Assembly: GCF_037042905.1 (NCBI RefSeq)
Contig: NC_087251.1
Location: forward strand, 34,164,001-34,228,000
Length of the DNA stretch: 64,000 bases
Origin: Lytechinus pictus
Lineage: Eukaryota
Direction: 5' to 3'
The translations under genes were made by a program, and so were the position numbers. Every line of letters starts with the position of its first letter. Position 1 is the stretch's first letter. Below, one piece after another: positions 62,231 to 64,000 of the stretch. The notes beneath the pieces are model-generated. The model made no database searches. It was given only the letters and a program-made list of their open reading frames with translations, and was not told the DNA's origin.

Positions 62231-63018
62231 TTTTCAATGTGCAGTGGTTTTTCTGTCAAGTGCCCAATTGAATTCAAAATTTTGTTTACAGTGAATGCTT
62301 CTCCTGTTTACTGTGCTCTTTACTAATTATTTAATGGTCAATTGTCATACTTATCCTTCCCAGGCAGTTAATAATGTTTTGGGAGTCAAATGAGCTGATA
62401 CATTGAACCTCTACTGTTAGAGATTTATGTAACAACTGGCTCTCCATAATTAAACCACAACTTAAAACCAGAGTTTAAATTAAACTGACTTCGGAATACG
62501 GACCCCTGGGTCTTGATTTATTTTGGATCATATTGTATTAACAGTCATGTACTATGTAACTGTATTCCTCTTCTCAGTGAGGGCCGTCTCCTGAAGCTGT
62601 TTGTAAATAATTCATCACCTTACGGATGACTGGTGACCCTTTCTTGTGCTAGATGATATATCCCTTAGCTGACTTACACCTAAGAACATGCTCCAGTTGT
62701 GCATAATCTTGTGTCTAGCTGTATGAATAGCTTTCATTGAATGGGCAACTCAGATATTCGTGGAGCCTTTACTCGGTATCTGACAAATAAACATTTGAAA
62801 TTGTGTTCTAGACAGTTATGGAAGTCCATGACATTTATGCTACAGTGTCTCTGTAAAGATAAAACATTGATATTTAAATCTATTATCATAATTATGTGGA
62901 CGATGCATTGGTTTTCATTTCATATTTGTAATATTACCTGATAATAGAGTCAATCGGTGACAGTTATATTTCATTCTTTGTAATTGTTATTCCTCCTCTT
63001 TTCTTTTTTTTCTTCCAG

Positions 63019-63048
63019 AGATAGACCTTCAATTACAAATATAATCAA
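63019..63048 (+). CDS. PPP1R36: PPP1R36 exon 11 (30 nt); gene continues right of window
   Basis: Long pyrimidine tract, ttccag|DRPSITNII|gtgagt; resembles vertebrate KRPAIKKAIN (recalled); phase 2 to 2. Confidence 0.8.
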
Positions 63049-64000
63049 GTGAGTATAAAAAAAATATCTAGACAAGTGCAATGATTGACAATTCAAAATG
63101 AGTTTTCAAACACATATAACTTTCAACCCAGAAAAAAAAGTCCCAATAGGGTTGCCACCCCTCAATGATCTCTACCAAGAGAGAGTTGCTTCTAAGCACA
63201 AAAAGTATGAATTCAATAGTAATATTCTCCAGTTTTGTTCTCTGTAATATTGCTTAACAGATTATGCAGGACCCCACCCACCCACTCTACCAGAACTTAG
63301 TTACTTTCAACTGATCAGTCATTCGTCTATGTACACCATGCACACTGAAAACCCGTTTCAGACAATCATTTGTCCCCAACGCCATCCATCACTTTAATGC
63401 TCAAATCTGAAGGACTGTGTCTCACCCGTGATTAGTACCCTACTTGTTTTGAATTTATTGTTTAATAATTGTTATAGATGTAAATTTTGACTGTATAAAT
63501 ATGGATATATTTTTTTTTAGAGGTTCACTTCTGAAAACAGACACCACATTTCTTACTCTCAATTATTATTTACAATTGCACAGGATTTAATTTTGGAGGG
63601 GGCGGTAAGTGCACGCAAAGCGTGCCAACATTTACAGAGCGCGCGAAGCGCTCCCTAGGGGAGAGGGTGCAGGGAGCGCGAAGTTTTTGATATCTCATCA
63701 AATTCAAATCAAAAGAATGCGTCTCTTGCATCTCTAGTACCCTTATCAACTCGAATATTGACTTAATTGCTGTGATTAAAAGAATTTTGTTTTCGAAAGA
63801 AATTATAAGCGCCCCCAAAATGGGAAAAGATTGGATAATCTAAAATAATTCCTCTTACTGCGCTAAGCGCGGAAGCTTAAAACGTTTTATAAAAATAAAG
63901 AACAGAAATTATATAATTATGCATACCTTGGTCACATCAGATTTGAGTGTAAAAAGTTTATCTACATCAAATTTTGTCAACTCAATTCGCAAAACAGAGT

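Noticed and set aside
63255..63300. Possible next PPP1R36 exon
   Set aside because: The AG sites here do not give the expected continuation in phase 2

Overview
AT-rich, intron-dominated eukaryotic DNA. The repeat landscape suggests a marine deuterostome, probably a sea urchin; this is inference only. Two host genes sit head-to-head about 7 kb apart. The first is the 5' half of protein kinase D (PRKD, minus strand; six coding exons from 27782 down to 882, continuing off the left edge), plus a candidate 51-nt GC-donor cassette exon. The second is a PPP1R36 homologue (plus strand; eleven coding exons, 34961-63048, continuing off the right edge). I checked splice phases by hand and they join into open frames. 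Introns are packed with non-autonomous DNA transposons (Kolobok-type, CACTA/EnSpm, hAT, PIF/Harbinger, Helentron-type, AcademH-like), LINE fragments, SINEs and a spliced but dead THAP/P-element transposase. Most notable: (1) an 8.0-kb transposase-less CACTA-like element carrying its own CpG-rich promoter and an apparently spliced non-coding cargo gene with an exonised RTE fragment, nested in an AcademH-like MITE; (2) a strong, regionally restricted excess of TA-xxxx-TA palindromes (TACATGTA and relatives) that behave like serial transposon excision footprints; (3) a fixed-spacing YY1/E-box composite shared by the PRKD and THAP promoters. TE family names come from terminal and TSD signatures, not database searches.
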